Notes: generated by a model from the letters alone, not told the origin. Counted from the stretch's first letter, positions 52,345-62,874 are shown. The stretch is 64,000 nucleotides of DNA from an uncultured Gammaproteobacteria bacterium (GCA_963714975.1 CAVQQD010000003.1:672001-736000), one strand, 5' to 3'. Translations and numbers: made by a program.

Positions 52345-52762
52345 GGAAGTCCAGCTTGATGAAAGAAAAAAAGAGTTGCGAGTATCTGATGATGAAGAAA
52401 ACTTCGTCTCACCCTCTAATCGTAGTAACAATCGTTTCAATCGAGAAATTGATACTGAAAATAACCGCCGCGGTGCAGGCAAAAGTCCTGCCAATGATAA
52501 GCAAAATGAAACATCGGTAGCTAAGAAATGTCTGGCAATAGGACTAGCCATGTTAGTACTCGTCCCAACTGTTTACGGGCTAATTTATGATGCAAACCAG
52601 AATTTTCGTTTTATGAACCAAGCAACTCCCATAATTGATATCCCTAATTACAGTAGCTTGTTGTTGGGAGTTGCGTTCTGTTGCGTGGCCTTGCTGGCAT
52701 ATAAGAAAATAAAACCAGCAATTCCCTGTTTTAATCAGGAGAGTTCCTGCTGCGTTTCGTAA
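52250..52762 (+). CDS. Two-TM ORF ending in CCVS; possibly the frameshifted C-terminus of the giant protein
   Basis: No convincing start after 52344; charged linker, two hydrophobic helices, CaaX-like end. Confidence 0.5.
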   Translation: MCMSFFPFLSIWLGKCLGSLSLQNLVSRPLSEEVQLDERKKELRVSDDEENFVSPSNRSNNRFNREIDTENNRRGAGKSPANDKQNETSVAKKCLAIGLAMLVLVPTVYGLIYDANQNFRFMNQATPIIDIPNYSSLLLGVAFCCVALLAYKKIKPAIPCFNQESSCCVS

Positions 52763-52818
52763 TAATAAATTCTAATGAGAATGCCAGTTACTGTTTACAA
52801 TAAGTAATTGAGAGAGTA

Positions 52819-53502
52819 ATGCCTAAGCCTGGTTTTTTTAATTTTAAAGATGCTGCAGAAGCTGCCCATGTTTTGCTACCGCAACTGTATAGTACTTCTC
52901 ACGCCTTCACTACTCCTCATGCTGATGTAAGAAAGGATACAGCGGCAAGGGCTGCTGCAGCTTGGTTTGGAACAGCAGGGGTGATTGTTTTCATCATAAG
53001 CCAATATCACCCTGAGCTGGATATTCATAGAACTAAAGAATCTATTGCTTCCCTCTTAGATAAAACACAATTAAATCTTGATGCGCAAAATTTGCTTCAG
53101 ATTATTACTTATATTGCGCTGCTTTGGATCATACCAAAAGCTTTTGAATGCATTGCGTACATTTACTTTCCCAAAGAGCATGGACGGGCAGCCCAGGCTA
53201 TTGATGATGCGAACCGAGTGGGGCAGCTGCATCCTAGCCCACAGAAGATGGAATTTAACCTAGATGAAAATGAGGATGATCAGGACGAATCAGATCCGCC
53301 TTCCCAAGCTGATGATGATTTAGCTCACAATTCAACGTTTGAGCCAGAATATATTTTGGACCCAGATTATTTTAAAGCCCCTCAAGGTGATGACTATACA
53401 GCTTGGGATAACCGGACAGACGTATTTGCCCGCGCCTCAAAAATAGTAGAAGAAGAGCTGAATAAAAAAGAGCATAACAAAAATCAATGTATTATTTTGT
53501 AA
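52819..53502 (+). CDS. Orphan two-TM protein with an acidic tract and C-terminal CaaX (CIIL); candidate prenylated effector
   Basis: Ends NKKEHNKNQCIIL-stop. Confidence 0.7.
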   Translation: MPKPGFFNFKDAAEAAHVLLPQLYSTSHAFTTPHADVRKDTAARAAAAWFGTAGVIVFIISQYHPELDIHRTKESIASLLDKTQLNLDAQNLLQIITYIALLWIIPKAFECIAYIYFPKEHGRAAQAIDDANRVGQLHPSPQKMEFNLDENEDDQDESDPPSQADDDLAHNSTFEPEYILDPDYFKAPQGDDYTAWDNRTDVFARASKIVEEELNKKEHNKNQCIIL

Positions 53503-53543
53503 CTATTCAGCGGATACCACAGATCTAAACGTGCCTGATTGCC

Positions 53544-53576
53544 CTTCATATCCACTTAAGTTTCATCCAATACAAT
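53544..53576 (+). promoter_or_regulatory. PmrA-type box plus -10 element
   Basis: CTTCATATC-CA-CTTAAGTTT-N7-TACAAT. Confidence 0.65.
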
Positions 53577-53644
53577 ACACTCTCTAGTGAAGAATTTCGG
53601 CTAAGTGATGATAGCAAGATTATAGTAATTATTTTGAGAGAGTA

Positions 53645-54344
53645 ATGCTTATGTCTGGTTTTTTTTAAAAGAGTTGCTGATAGAGCTGCTTATGTTTTAG
53701 TACCCCAACTTTATAATACTGTAGAAGCTGGAATAGCTCATCGCAGGGGCGATGTAGAGACACGCAAACACGCAAGTTATCGAGCGTTCGCCGCTTGGAT
53801 GGGAACCTTAGGTGTAGTTGGGTTCATGGTGACACAATATTACGACAACCTGGATTTGTTAAAGACCAAGCCGGCGATTGACTCGCTTTTTTCGGAGTCA
53901 TTAAATTTAGATGCTGATGTACAAAAATATTTACAGAGTGGCCTTTGGATCGTGGCTTTGATAGTAATTCCCAATATTTTTGCGTGGATAGCTAAGAGAG
54001 CTGGGAATGATAAGACGCTAGAGAGAAGTAATAAGGTTGAGTATGAGGAGGTCGTGACACACCTTCCTGACAACAACGGGCCCAGTATTGACGGAGTTAA
54101 TGATGCTACCCTCATTCGTTCGGAATCGGACCTAGAGGGTGAGGTGGTTGGAAGTGGTCTAGGAAGTCGAAAATTTTCAAACCCCGAGGACTTTGAGCGA
54201 CATTGCAAAGACCTACATGAAGATATATTTGTTCAAGCGCAACTAGCATTTGAAAAACGATCAGAATTGAATAAAACAAATGGGGTCAACAAGAAGAAGG
54301 AAGGGATCTGTGCTCAGTTAAGCAGTTGCTTTGGAAGATCCTAA
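53645..54344 (+). pseudogene. Tandem paralog of 52819-53502, frameshifted at a T8 tract
   Basis: Removing one T at 53659-53666 gives MLMSGFFKRVADRAAYVLVPQLYNT...AAWMGTLGVVGF, in frame with ORF 53799-54344 and colinear with MPKPGFF...HVLLPQLYST...AAWFGTAGVIVF. Confidence 0.8.
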
Positions 54345-54360
54345 CGAGCACTTGCTGAAA

Positions 54361-54487
54361 TTCCTTCTCCCAATGCTTTTTTGTGGGAGCTGTGAGGGTG
54401 TGCTTTTCTAGCTGTCGCCACTTCAAACACCCTCATCCGGCCTGCGGCCACCTTCTCCCGCAGAAAAGCGTTGCGGGAGAAGGGATT
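54361..54487. repeat. REP-like element pair
   Basis: ccctcatccggcctgcggccaccttctcccgca...tgcgggagaagg plus a degenerate upstream copy. Confidence 0.75.
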
Positions 54488-54596
54488 TGGAGGTGGCACG
54501 GGGCAACGTCGGACGGCGCGGCGGGCGCTGGGTTACTTAAACTGGCGATTACTCTCTTTTTTTGGCACAATGACCTTTTTCCACGGAAAGGCCCGC

Positions 54597-55679
54597 ATGA
54601 TCGCAACTCTCAGTAATATTGCCGTTTTTCTTATCACGATTTCAGTTCTAGTCATTGTCCATGAATGGGGGCATTTCGTTGTTGCCAGATGCTTTAAGGT
54701 CAAAGTATTGCGTTTTTCCATAGGCTTCGGCAAAGCCCTCTGGCGGCGCCCCAGTAAATCCGGTACCGAATATGTTATCGCTCTATTGCCGCTTGGAGGC
54801 TATGTCAAATTATTAGATGAGCGAGAAGGCCCGGTTCCTGATGAGGATAAAGACCAAGCGTTTAATCGCCAGCCGTTTTGGAAACGGACCGCCATTGTTT
54901 TAGCCGGACCCTTAATTAATATTCTTTTTGCTATTATTGTGTTTACCATCATTTGGATGATTGGGGTCACCCAAGCGCGCCCTATCATTGGCGAAGTGAT
55001 TCCCAATTCTATTGCTGCCGAAAGCGGTGTGCCAGCAGGGGGCGAAATTGTGGTGATTGGCAAGCAAACTACCCATGATTGGCAGTCAGTGATGTTGGCC
55101 CTAGTCCGACAATTAGGCAATAAAGGCAGCATTAATTTTCATATTCTTTCTGCAGCAGCCAACCAGCCACAGTCTTACTCCCTGTCAATTACCGATTGGG
55201 TCATTGATCCCTTGGAGCCCAATATATTGAAAAGCTTAGGAATTGTTCCTTCTAGCCCACCCATTCTTCGCAAAGTACAATTCCCGTTAGGTGGCGCTCT
55301 GATCCAAGCCGTCAATCAAGTCGAGACTTTGGTTGTATTTAATTTTATCGCCATCGGTAAGCTGGTTTCAGGAAAAATCTCTTTGCTGAGTTTGGGTGGG
55401 CCGATTTCGATTTATCAAACCTCGAGTATAGCATTTAGTCAGGGGGTACTGATTTATCTGGCATTTCTAGGGATAATCAGCGTGATGCTAGGCTGTTTAA
55501 ATATCCTACCGATTCCTGGCTTGGATGGTGGTCATCTGCTATTTTTTATCATTGAAGCTATTATCCGACGACCGGTATCGGTAGCATTGCAGGTGCTAAT
55601 TTTACGCATAGGCTTTATTTTTTTAGCAGTGCTAATTTTTCAAGCGACAATTAATGATTTAATGCGCATTTTGCGCTGA
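54597..55679 (+). CDS. rseP: RIP metalloprotease RseP (single PDZ)
   Basis: [38 protein letters not shown]. Confidence 0.93.
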   Translation: MIATLSNIAVFLITISVLVIVHEWGHFVVARCFKVKVLRFSIGFGKALWRRPSKSGTEYVIALLPLGGYVKLLDEREGPVPDEDKDQAFNRQPFWKRTAIVLAGPLINILFAIIVFTIIWMIGVTQARPIIGEVIPNSIAAESGVPAGGEIVVIGKQTTHDWQSVMLALVRQLGNKGSINFHILSAAANQPQSYSLSITDWVIDPLEPNILKSLGIVPSSPPILRKVQFPLGGALIQAVNQVETLVVFNFIAIGKLVSGKISLLSLGGPISIYQTSSIAFSQGVLIYLAFLGIISVMLGCLNILPIPGLDGGHLLFFIIEAIIRRPVSVALQVLILRIGFIFLAVLIFQATINDLMRILR

Positions 55680-55693
55680 GTGAGACGTATTTT

Positions 55694-56092
55694 ATGAAAA
55701 TGCATAAATCCGATGCCGATTGGCAGAAGGAATTAACCCCTGAACAATATCGAATTACCCGCGAAAAGGGCACCGAACCTGCGTTTACTGGCGAATATTG
55801 GGATTATCACGGAGTGGGTGATTATCATTGTGTGTGTTGCGGCACTTTATTGTTTAGTTCCGAGACAAAATTTGATTCTGGTTCTGGATGGCCTAGTTTT
55901 TATGCGCCTTTAGAGTCAGCGAATGTGGTCACGGAACCTGATTATAGTCACAGTATGCAGCGGATTGAGGTATTATGTGCCCACTGTGGGGCTCATTTAG
56001 GGCATTTATTTCCTGATGGTCCAGAACCTACAGGAATGCGTTATTGTATTAATTCGGTTTCGCTTAAATTTTCAGGAGGAAATAAAACATGA
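55694..56092 (+). CDS. msrB: Peptide-methionine (R)-S-oxide reductase
   Basis: [35 protein letters not shown]. Confidence 0.97.
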   Translation: MKMHKSDADWQKELTPEQYRITREKGTEPAFTGEYWDYHGVGDYHCVCCGTLLFSSETKFDSGSGWPSFYAPLESANVVTEPDYSHSMQRIEVLCAHCGAHLGHLFPDGPEPTGMRYCINSVSLKFSGGNKT

Positions 56093-56733
56093 AAGGGATA
56101 CGCTCTTTTTGCTTCTTTACTGTGTCGTGCCTATTGCTTTCACCTTGTGCTCTTTCTGCTGCGCAAGTCATTCTAGAATCAAGTCCCATTCCCCTTAATA
56201 ATTTTAGTCTCGAGCAGTTGCAGCAAGCAGCTGAGGCGGGCGATCCAGATGCACAATATGCACTAGGGTATATGCATTATTATGGGCAAAAAGTAACCCA
56301 GAATACTGCACAAGCAGTGAATTGGATTAAGCGCGCTTCCGTCCAAGGTCAGGAGCAAGCCACCCGAGCTTTAGCAGCGCTAGGCCAAGATAAGCAACCG
56401 AGTATTGTGGCTGCAGCTGAAACTGCAAGCACAACTTCTAGCCCTAGTAATAAGACTAATGCAACGAGTGTTAAACTTGCGCCTGTCGGCAATACCGGCA
56501 AGGGAAAATATACGATTCAGTTATTGGCTAGCTCAGATAAGAAAAAATTGGATCACTATATTAAGCAACATCATTTACAAGGCAAGGCCACTTATAGTCA
56601 TAACACGCGCCAGGGTAAGTCATTATATGTGTTGACCTATGGGAACTATCCATCGCGTAGTCAGGCACAGGGGGCTTTAGCTGCCTTGCCTGCACCAGTA
56701 CGCTCGCAAAGGCCTTGGGTTAAGGGAATTTAA
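56089..56733 (+). CDS. Exported Sel1-repeat plus SPOR-domain protein
   Basis: Signal peptide; [19 protein letters not shown]; YTIQL...YGNYPS...PWVK. Confidence 0.85.
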   Translation: MKGIRSFCFFTVSCLLLSPCALSAAQVILESSPIPLNNFSLEQLQQAAEAGDPDAQYALGYMHYYGQKVTQNTAQAVNWIKRASVQGQEQATRALAALGQDKQPSIVAAAETASTTSSPSNKTNATSVKLAPVGNTGKGKYTIQLLASSDKKKLDHYIKQHHLQGKATYSHNTRQGKSLYVLTYGNYPSRSQAQGALAALPAPVRSQRPWVKGI

Positions 56734-56742
56734 ACTCCCGAT

Positions 56743-56773
56743 TATTCCTTCTCCCACAAGGGGAGAAGGAATA
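56743..56773. repeat. REP-like hairpin
   Basis: tattccttctcccacaaggggagaaggaata. Confidence 0.75.
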
Positions 56774-56812
56774 CCACAAGGCGAGAAAGAGAAGGAATAA
56801 GTATTAGCAAGC

Positions 56813-56899
56813 TGGTGCCGGAAGTCGGACTCGAACCGACACAGTGTCGCCACTACCAGATTTTGAGTCTGGCGCGTCTACCAATTTCGCCATTCCGGC
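56813..56899 (-). tRNA. tRNA-Leu(CAA)
   Basis: GCCGGAA...CCAGA-CTCAAAA-TCTGG, long variable arm, GTTCGA, CCA end. Confidence 0.96.
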
Positions 56900-56967
56900 A
56901 GCGGATTTGGGGTCGCCAGTATAACAAACTTGGCAGCGAGGTCAAAACAATTTAAGGAGATAGTTTG

Positions 56968-57486
56968 ATGCAGCTTAAAGCAAAACGGGTGAGCGAGTCG
57001 GCAGTGAACGATCATGTATATCGGGTTTTTCCGAACGATTTAAATCCGAATAACACCATCTTTGGCGGTCAGGTGATGGCTCTTTTAGATCGCGTTTGTT
57101 CCGTCGTGGCTGAAAGACATTCTGGCCGACTTTGTGTCACTGCTTTGGTGGATTCTATTCATTTTTTAGCTCCAGCTAAGGGGGGTGAAATTCTGATCTT
57201 CAAGGCCTCCGTCAACCGAGCTTGGCGCACTTCAATGGAAATTGGGGCAAAAGTTGTGGCACAAAATGTGCGTAATGGGGAGACCCGTCATATAGTTTCT
57301 GCGTATTTTACTTTTGTCGCTGTGGATGAAAATCAAAAACCCATTGCAGTTCCTTCATTAATTCCTGAAACCGAATTGGAAAAACGACGCTATTTAGAAG
57401 CAGACGAACGTCGGCAACGCCGTCAACAAGAATCCGCCACTCGCAAAGAGCGTAGGAAGCAATCCGTAAAGGGTGACCCCAGCTGA
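56968..57486 (+). CDS. Hotdog-fold acyl-CoA thioesterase
   Basis: [32 protein letters not shown]. Confidence 0.9.
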   Translation: MQLKAKRVSESAVNDHVYRVFPNDLNPNNTIFGGQVMALLDRVCSVVAERHSGRLCVTALVDSIHFLAPAKGGEILIFKASVNRAWRTSMEIGAKVVAQNVRNGETRHIVSAYFTFVAVDENQKPIAVPSLIPETELEKRRYLEADERRQRRQQESATRKERRKQSVKGDPS

Positions 57487-57490
57487 TAAC

Positions 57491-57566
57491 TGGCGTCCCC
57501 AAGGGGATTCGAACCCCTGTTACCGCCGTGAAAGGGCGATGTCCTAGGCCTCTAGACGATGGGGAC
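57491..57566 (-). tRNA. tRNA-Glu(TTC)
   Basis: GTCCCCATCGTCTAGAGG...CTTTCAC...GTTCGAATC...CCA, 76 nt. Confidence 0.97.
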
Positions 57567-57572
57567 AATTTT

Positions 57573-57648
57573 TGGTGGAGCTAGGCGGGATCGAACCGCC
57601 GACCTCTTGCATGCCATGCAAGTGCTCTCCCAGCTGAGCTATAGCCCC
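57573..57648 (-). tRNA. tRNA-Ala(GGC)
   Basis: GGGGCTATAGCTCAG...TGGCAT...GTTCGATC...CCA, 76 nt. Confidence 0.97.
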
Positions 57649-57679
57649 GCTAAAATTGGGAATAACGATTCTAGGGAAT

Positions 57680-58588
57680 CTAAGGAGTCTCGTCAAGGGC
57701 AACCTGCTCTTGGTTGAAAATGCAGCTGCGTAGATAGGCTTTGAAATCTTCCGCTAGTTCCGGATGACGCAAGGCATAATTCACAGTGGCCTGCAGGTAC
57801 CCTAATTTATTTCCGCAATCATAACGTTTCCCTTGCAGACGATAGCAATAAGCTGCTTCTTCCTTGAGCAAGTGAGCGATGGCATCGGTTAATTGAATTT
57901 CTCCGCGTTTATCGCTTGGCGTCTGCTCGAGTAGGCTAAAAATTCGCGGAGTTAGGATGTATCTTCCCACTACCGCTAAATTCGAAGGAGCTTGTTCCGG
58001 GGCAGGTTTTTCAACAATATTAAGAATTCGGCTGCATTGATGATCTGAGTTTTCCGGTTCCACAATGCCATAACGATAAGTTTCTGAGCGAGGAATTTTC
58101 TCCACCGCAATGATACTCGATTGGGTTTTTTCAAATTCAGGCACCATATGTTTTAAGCAGCCATGATTGCCTTCTTCAATTAAATCATCTGCTAATAGGA
58201 CCGCAAAAGGTTCGTTCGAAATTAAATTTTTGGCACAGAGCACCGCATGGCCTAAGCCTAAGGGGTTGGGCTGGCGGATATAAATGCAAGAAACTCCTTG
58301 CGGGATAATGTTGCGGACAATCGTTAATAATTCTTCCTGTCCGCGCTGTGCGAGTTTAGATTCTAGTTCGTAATTTGAGTCAAAGTGATCTTCGATAGCG
58401 CGTTTGCTAATGTTGGTGACGAAAATGATATCTTTAATGCCCGCGGCAATGGCCTCTTCTACCGCATATTGAATCAGCGGCTTGTCGACGATAGGTAGCA
58501 TTTCTTTGGGATTGGCTTTGGTGGCAGGTAAAAAGCGGGTCCCTAAACCTGCTACTGGAAAAATAGCTTTTTTGACCAGATGGGGCAT
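57680..58588 (-). CDS. galU: UTP-glucose-1-phosphate uridylyltransferase
   Basis: [36 protein letters not shown]. Confidence 0.96.
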   Translation of the reverse strand: MPHLVKKAIFPVAGLGTRFLPATKANPKEMLPIVDKPLIQYAVEEAIAAGIKDIIFVTNISKRAIEDHFDSNYELESKLAQRGQEELLTIVRNIIPQGVSCIYIRQPNPLGLGHAVLCAKNLISNEPFAVLLADDLIEEGNHGCLKHMVPEFEKTQSSIIAVEKIPRSETYRYGIVEPENSDHQCSRILNIVEKPAPEQAPSNLAVVGRYILTPRIFSLLEQTPSDKRGEIQLTDAIAHLLKEEAAYCYRLQGKRYDCGNKLGYLQATVNYALRHPELAEDFKAYLRSCIFNQEQVALDETP

Positions 58589-58705
58589 AATAAAATATCC
58601 TTCCCTATATGATATTGGAGCAACAGAGTTTATCCTAAATTGTGGTGGATGGAAATCCCCCCCTCTCCCACGGGGAGAAGGTATTGCTTACTATAGGAAT
58701 CGCCA

Positions 58706-60151
58706 ATGAGTTTTTCTGCTGTCAACGTTCGGCCTGACTTTGATCCTGAAATTCAGGCCATTGCTCGCTATGTAAGCGACTATAAGATCACCAGCCAAGA
58801 AGCCTATAACACGGCGCGCTGGTGCCTTATCGATAGCCTGGGTTGTGCTCTGCTCGCCTTGCGTTATCCTGAATGTACCAAGCTATTAGGCCCGATCGTA
58901 CCAGGAGCCACCTTATGTCAAGGCGCCCGGGTGTCCGGAACTGCCTATGAATTGGATCCGGTACAAGCTGCTTTTAACCTAGGTACCATGATTCGTTGGT
59001 TAGATTATAATGACACTTGGCTTGCTCAAGAGTGGGGGCACCCTTCCGATAATTTAGGGGGAATTTTAGCCGTGGCGGATTATCTGAGTCGCCAGGCAGT
59101 GGCAATAGGAAAGCCGCCTTTATTAATGACGGAGGTGCTAACAGCTGCCATTAAGGCCTACGAAATTCAGGGTGTGTTAGCCTTGGAAAATAGCTTTAAT
59201 CGGGTGGGGCTGGACCATGTCGTGTATGTGAAGGTCGCTACTGCAGCAGTGGTCACTGCAATGTTAGGGGGTGACTGCAATCAAATTTGTGCTGCTTTGT
59301 CCCAAGCGTGGCTTGATGGCCAAAGTTTACGTACCTATCGTCATGCCCCTAATACTGGATCGCGAAAATCTTGGGCAGCGGGAGATGCCACGGCTCGAGG
59401 TGTTCGTCTTGCTTTGCTGAGCTTGCGGGGTGAAATGGGTTATCCCAGCGCTTTATCGGCTAAGCAGTGGGGTCTCTATGATGTTTATTTCCAGGGACGG
59501 CCTTTTAAATTTCAGCGCCGATATAATAGCTATGTCATGGAAAATGTCCTGTTTAAAATTTCCTATCCCGCAGAATTTCATGCGCAAACGGCTGCGGAAG
59601 CTGCTCTGCGTTTGCATCCCGAAGTCAAAGAGCGATTGCAGGACGTTGCGAAAATAACGTTGCGTACCCAAGAACCGGCGATGCGCATTCTAAATAAAAC
59701 CGGACCTCTGCATAACCCTGCCGATCGGGATCATTCCTTGCAATACATTGTGGCGATTGGTCTTATTTATGGCAAATTAACTGCGGACCATTATGAGGAT
59801 TTGATTGCGCAAAATCCGTTGATTGATAGCTTGCGAGAAAAAATGGTGGTGACTGAGGAAGCGCAATTTTCCCGTGATTATTTAGATCCCGAAAAACGTT
59901 CGATTGCTAATGCGATTCAGGTGTTTTTCAACGATGGTAGCCACACCGAAGAAGTGCTCGTGGAATATCCAGTAGGGCATCGACGTCGCCGTCAAGAAGG
60001 AATCCCATTGCTGCAACTAAAATTCCAACAAAATTTGCTGACTCGTTTTCCAAAAGCGCGGGTGGATCAGTTATTGGCCTTGTGCCAAGATCAAACTCAC
60101 TTGGAACGCATGCCAGTAAATGAGTTTATGGAATTATGGGTATTTCCTTAA
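58706..60151 (+). CDS. prpD: 2-methylcitrate dehydratase
   Basis: [46 protein letters not shown]. Confidence 0.96.
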   Translation: MSFSAVNVRPDFDPEIQAIARYVSDYKITSQEAYNTARWCLIDSLGCALLALRYPECTKLLGPIVPGATLCQGARVSGTAYELDPVQAAFNLGTMIRWLDYNDTWLAQEWGHPSDNLGGILAVADYLSRQAVAIGKPPLLMTEVLTAAIKAYEIQGVLALENSFNRVGLDHVVYVKVATAAVVTAMLGGDCNQICAALSQAWLDGQSLRTYRHAPNTGSRKSWAAGDATARGVRLALLSLRGEMGYPSALSAKQWGLYDVYFQGRPFKFQRRYNSYVMENVLFKISYPAEFHAQTAAEAALRLHPEVKERLQDVAKITLRTQEPAMRILNKTGPLHNPADRDHSLQYIVAIGLIYGKLTADHYEDLIAQNPLIDSLREKMVVTEEAQFSRDYLDPEKRSIANAIQVFFNDGSHTEEVLVEYPVGHRRRRQEGIPLLQLKFQQNLLTRFPKARVDQLLALCQDQTHLERMPVNEFMELWVFP

Positions 60152-60281
60152 AGTTAAGCTCGAGTGCATCGGATAACCCTAAAGCTTGGATACATAAATT
60201 GGCCTATACTTATAAAGGAAGAAAGGAAGATCCGAGTATGAAATAGGAGATAGAAAGCATATAGTGTAAGGGGGTGTTTTT

Positions 60282-60458
60282 ATGGCTAATTTACAACTTA
60301 AAGAAAGTATTATTCAACGTATGATGAAGACAAGGAAATGCTCCCATGAAGTAGCAGAAAAGGAGTTTACTAAGCTGACAAAGAATATTCCTGAAAAGGA
60401 ATGGGGAAAAGTTGTCGGTGGAGGGGCCGAAGCGCCTACCAAGCTTACTTTGAATTAG
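60282..60458 (+). CDS. Double-glycine-leader precursor peptide 1 (58 aa; predicted core GAEAPTKLTLN)
   Basis: Not in the ORF track; translated by hand as MANLQLKESIIQRMMKTRKCSHEVAEKEFTKLTKNIPEKEWGKVVGG-GAEAPTKLTLN; AAGGGGGT RBS. Confidence 0.85.
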   Translation: MANLQLKESIIQRMMKTRKCSHEVAEKEFTKLTKNIPEKEWGKVVGGGAEAPTKLTLN

Positions 60459-60489
60459 AGAAAGCATCTATACAAGGGGGGGTGTTTTT

Positions 60490-60666
60490 ATGGCTAATTT
60501 ACAGCTGAAAGAAAGCATAATTCAACGTCTGATGAAGACAAAGAAATGCTCCCATGAAGTGGCAGAACAGGAATTCAATAAGCTGACAAAGAATATTCCT
60601 GAAAAGGAATGGGAAAAAGTTGTCGGTGGAGGAGCGGCGGGGTTAATCAAACCTATGTTTGAATAG
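60490..60666 (+). CDS. Double-glycine-leader precursor peptide 2 (58 aa; predicted core GAAGLIKPMFE)
   Basis: MANLQLKESIIQRLMKTKKCSHEVAEQEFNKLTKNIPEKEWEKVVGG-GAAGLIKPMFE; same RBS. Confidence 0.85.
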   Translation: MANLQLKESIIQRLMKTKKCSHEVAEQEFNKLTKNIPEKEWEKVVGGGAAGLIKPMFE

Positions 60667-60675
60667 TAGGAGGAG

Positions 60676-60712
60676 GGTAAGGGGAAGTCTTTCAGCTTCC
60701 CTTGCTACTCTT
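60676..60712. terminator. Hairpin between the convergent peptide genes and the transporter operon
   Basis: gtaaggggaag...cttcccttgc imperfect stem. Confidence 0.5.
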
Positions 60713-62874
60713 TATTTTAACTGTCTTTTTGCTAATTCTGCGAATAATCCAGGTTCGCTTATTAAGGTTTCAAAGTTACCCATTTGTACAATGTGACCGT
60801 TTTCAAGGACGTAAATTCTGTCTGCATTAACGACAGTACTTAAGCGATGTGCTGCAACAACTTGGGTTGATTTCAATTCTTTTAAATAATGATAGACTAT
60901 GGATTGAGTTCTATTGTCGAGGGCACTGGTTGCTTCGTCTAAAAAAATAATCTTAGGGTTTTGTACCAATGCCCGCGCTAATACTAAACGTTGTTTTTCA
61001 CCGCCTGATAATGTGACTAAGCCCTCAGTAATTAATGTATCCATCTGCATGGGTAATAATTTAATTAATTCAGCTAAGCCAATTTTAGCTGCAATATCCC
61101 AAGCGTCGCGACGGCTCAGGCTGGTATTATTTCCTATAATATTATCGAGGATAGTTCCAGGTATTAATGCACTATTTTGCATGACAACTCCAATTTGCTT
61201 ACGCACTGAAGACAACTTTAATGCATTTAAATTAACTCCATTATAATAAATTCCTCCTCCTTGCGGCTTCTCGAACCCTAGCAATAATCTAAACAAAGTC
61301 GATTTGCCTGTCCCTGAGGGACCTACCAGTGCAATAAATTCACCCGGGTATATTTCCATGGAAAAATCTCGAAAAATAGTTTTATCCAAATCTGGATAAC
61401 GAAACAGCGCGTGTTTAATGCTGATTCGACCGTCCAGCTGATTGGGTTCAATCAATTTTTTTTCAGAATCGATGTTTGCGCTAAGCACACGATTTGCTCT
61501 TTCCCCTAATGGGATAATACTAATCACCAAACTCATAATTTGTAAAGCTTGTAAAATGGCAGTAAAAAATAACGTAAATGTTGCATTAAATGCTATAAAA
61601 TTGCCGAAGGAAAGTTGAGAGCCGAGCAAAAAAACAAACCCAAATAAAATCAAGGGATTAACCACCAGCATCACATTGCTTAAAACCTCCAAATTCTGTA
61701 GGGATTTTTTCCCAAGAAACTCTGCTTTGCTACGCTTTATTAGTCGATCTACCCAAATACTAAATACCCGTAAAGAAGCATCTGCAACACGAATTTTTAA
61801 AATACCAGACAATAGGCCAAAGGCAAAATCCATAAGTTTCCCAAAGTGAAAATACAGACGCCTAAAATAATATAATTGTTTATGAATGATAAAAAATGTA
61901 ATTGTTATAATTAATAAAGCCAATAAAAAAGCTACTAAAGCTAAAAAAGCATTGTAAATCAACATCAGAAATAAAAAAATAACTGACATAAACGCATTGG
62001 TGATAATGACAAGGTAAGATTGTGACAAAATTTGCTGAATTTCATTGAGAAAATTTGCTCTATAGGTTAATCCTCCTGGGGAATATTTTTGAAAAAAAAC
62101 CAGTGGAAATCGCAACATTCGATCCCAAATTGCTGGTTCTAAATGTGCTTGTATTTTGAAGCGCAATCGTATTATCGATGCAGCTTGGACAACATTGTAT
62201 AAAGTCACCAATAAGGTACTAACAAATAAAGCAATCACAATTTGCCACAAAATATAAAAATCTGCATTCGGAACAACAAATGAAAATAAATATCCGGTAA
62301 AAATAGGTATCAATAAAGTAAACAAAACAATAATCGATTGTAAAATAAAGAATAGAAATAAGTCGCGATAGCTATGCTGCAAAGCAAAGGCTACGATATT
62401 TTTAAAATTGCCTATTTTTTCAGGTAGCGGCCTGTATAGAAAATAGGCATGCTCTTCAATTTCTTTAGCTAGCTCTTCCGTTACCCTAATGTTGTGGCTT
62501 TGGCTTAGATTTACTAAGCGATAATGGCCCTTTTTTTTAGGCAGCAAAGCGCAGGGTTGATTATGGTAAAATCCGAGCAAGGGACCGAGATCTTTGCGCC
62601 ACCATTTGTCCGGCAATAAGATTTTACGTACACGAACTTCTGAAATAGCTGCGATAGTACGTATATAGTCTGAAAACGTTGTATTTTCCTCTTCCCGTAA
62701 TTTCGGTTTAATTAATTTTATTTTGTTATGTTTCGCAACAATCTCGCATGTGGCATAGAGTAAGTCTAAAGGATTAGAAAATTCATGCGCAAAAGTAATT
62801 TGCGTATCTAAAATAGTTTTTAATCTCTGGATAAAATTTCGTATGATATTAGTTTTAATTAATTTTTCATTCAT
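60712..62874 (-). CDS. NHLM/NHLP-type bacteriocin system ABC transporter, ATP-binding/permease subunit
   Basis: RVRKILLPDKWWRKDLGPLLGF...PCALLP N-domain typical of this family; TMD; GPSGTGKST, LSGGEKQR, DEATSALD. Confidence 0.85.
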   Translation of the reverse strand: MNEKLIKTNIIRNFIQRLKTILDTQITFAHEFSNPLDLLYATCEIVAKHNKIKLIKPKLREEENTTFSDYIRTIAAISEVRVRKILLPDKWWRKDLGPLLGFYHNQPCALLPKKKGHYRLVNLSQSHNIRVTEELAKEIEEHAYFLYRPLPEKIGNFKNIVAFALQHSYRDLFLFFILQSIIVLFTLLIPIFTGYLFSFVVPNADFYILWQIVIALFVSTLLVTLYNVVQAASIIRLRFKIQAHLEPAIWDRMLRFPLVFFQKYSPGGLTYRANFLNEIQQILSQSYLVIITNAFMSVIFLFLMLIYNAFLALVAFLLALLIITITFFIIHKQLYYFRRLYFHFGKLMDFAFGLLSGILKIRVADASLRVFSIWVDRLIKRSKAEFLGKKSLQNLEVLSNVMLVVNPLILFGFVFLLGSQLSFGNFIAFNATFTLFFTAILQALQIMSLVISIIPLGERANRVLSANIDSEKKLIEPNQLDGRISIKHALFRYPDLDKTIFRDFSMEIYPGEFIALVGPSGTGKSTLFRLLLGFEKPQGGGIYYNGVNLNALKLSSVRKQIGVVMQNSALIPGTILDNIIGNNTSLSRRDAWDIAAKIGLAELIKLLPMQMDTLITEGLVTLSGGEKQRLVLARALVQNPKIIFLDEATSALDNRTQSIVYHYLKELKSTQVVAAHRLSTVVNADRIYVLENGHIVQMGNFETLISEPGLFAELAKRQLK

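Noticed and set aside
54383-54596. N-terminal extension of RseP and ORF 54383-54616
   Set aside because: They run through a REP element; RseP homology starts near ATG 54597.
57308-57568. 86-aa minus-strand ORF
   Set aside because: It overlaps tRNA-Glu and the thioesterase gene; a shadow ORF.
60163-60174. GTGCATCGGATA shared with the arm of element 4
   Set aside because: Only 12 bp with no partner arm or core; could be chance.
60253-60666. Tandem repeat as a CRISPR array or non-coding repeat
   Set aside because: Only two 208-bp units, and the differences are mostly synonymous in a shared reading frame. No CRISPR array or cas gene was seen anywhere in the window.
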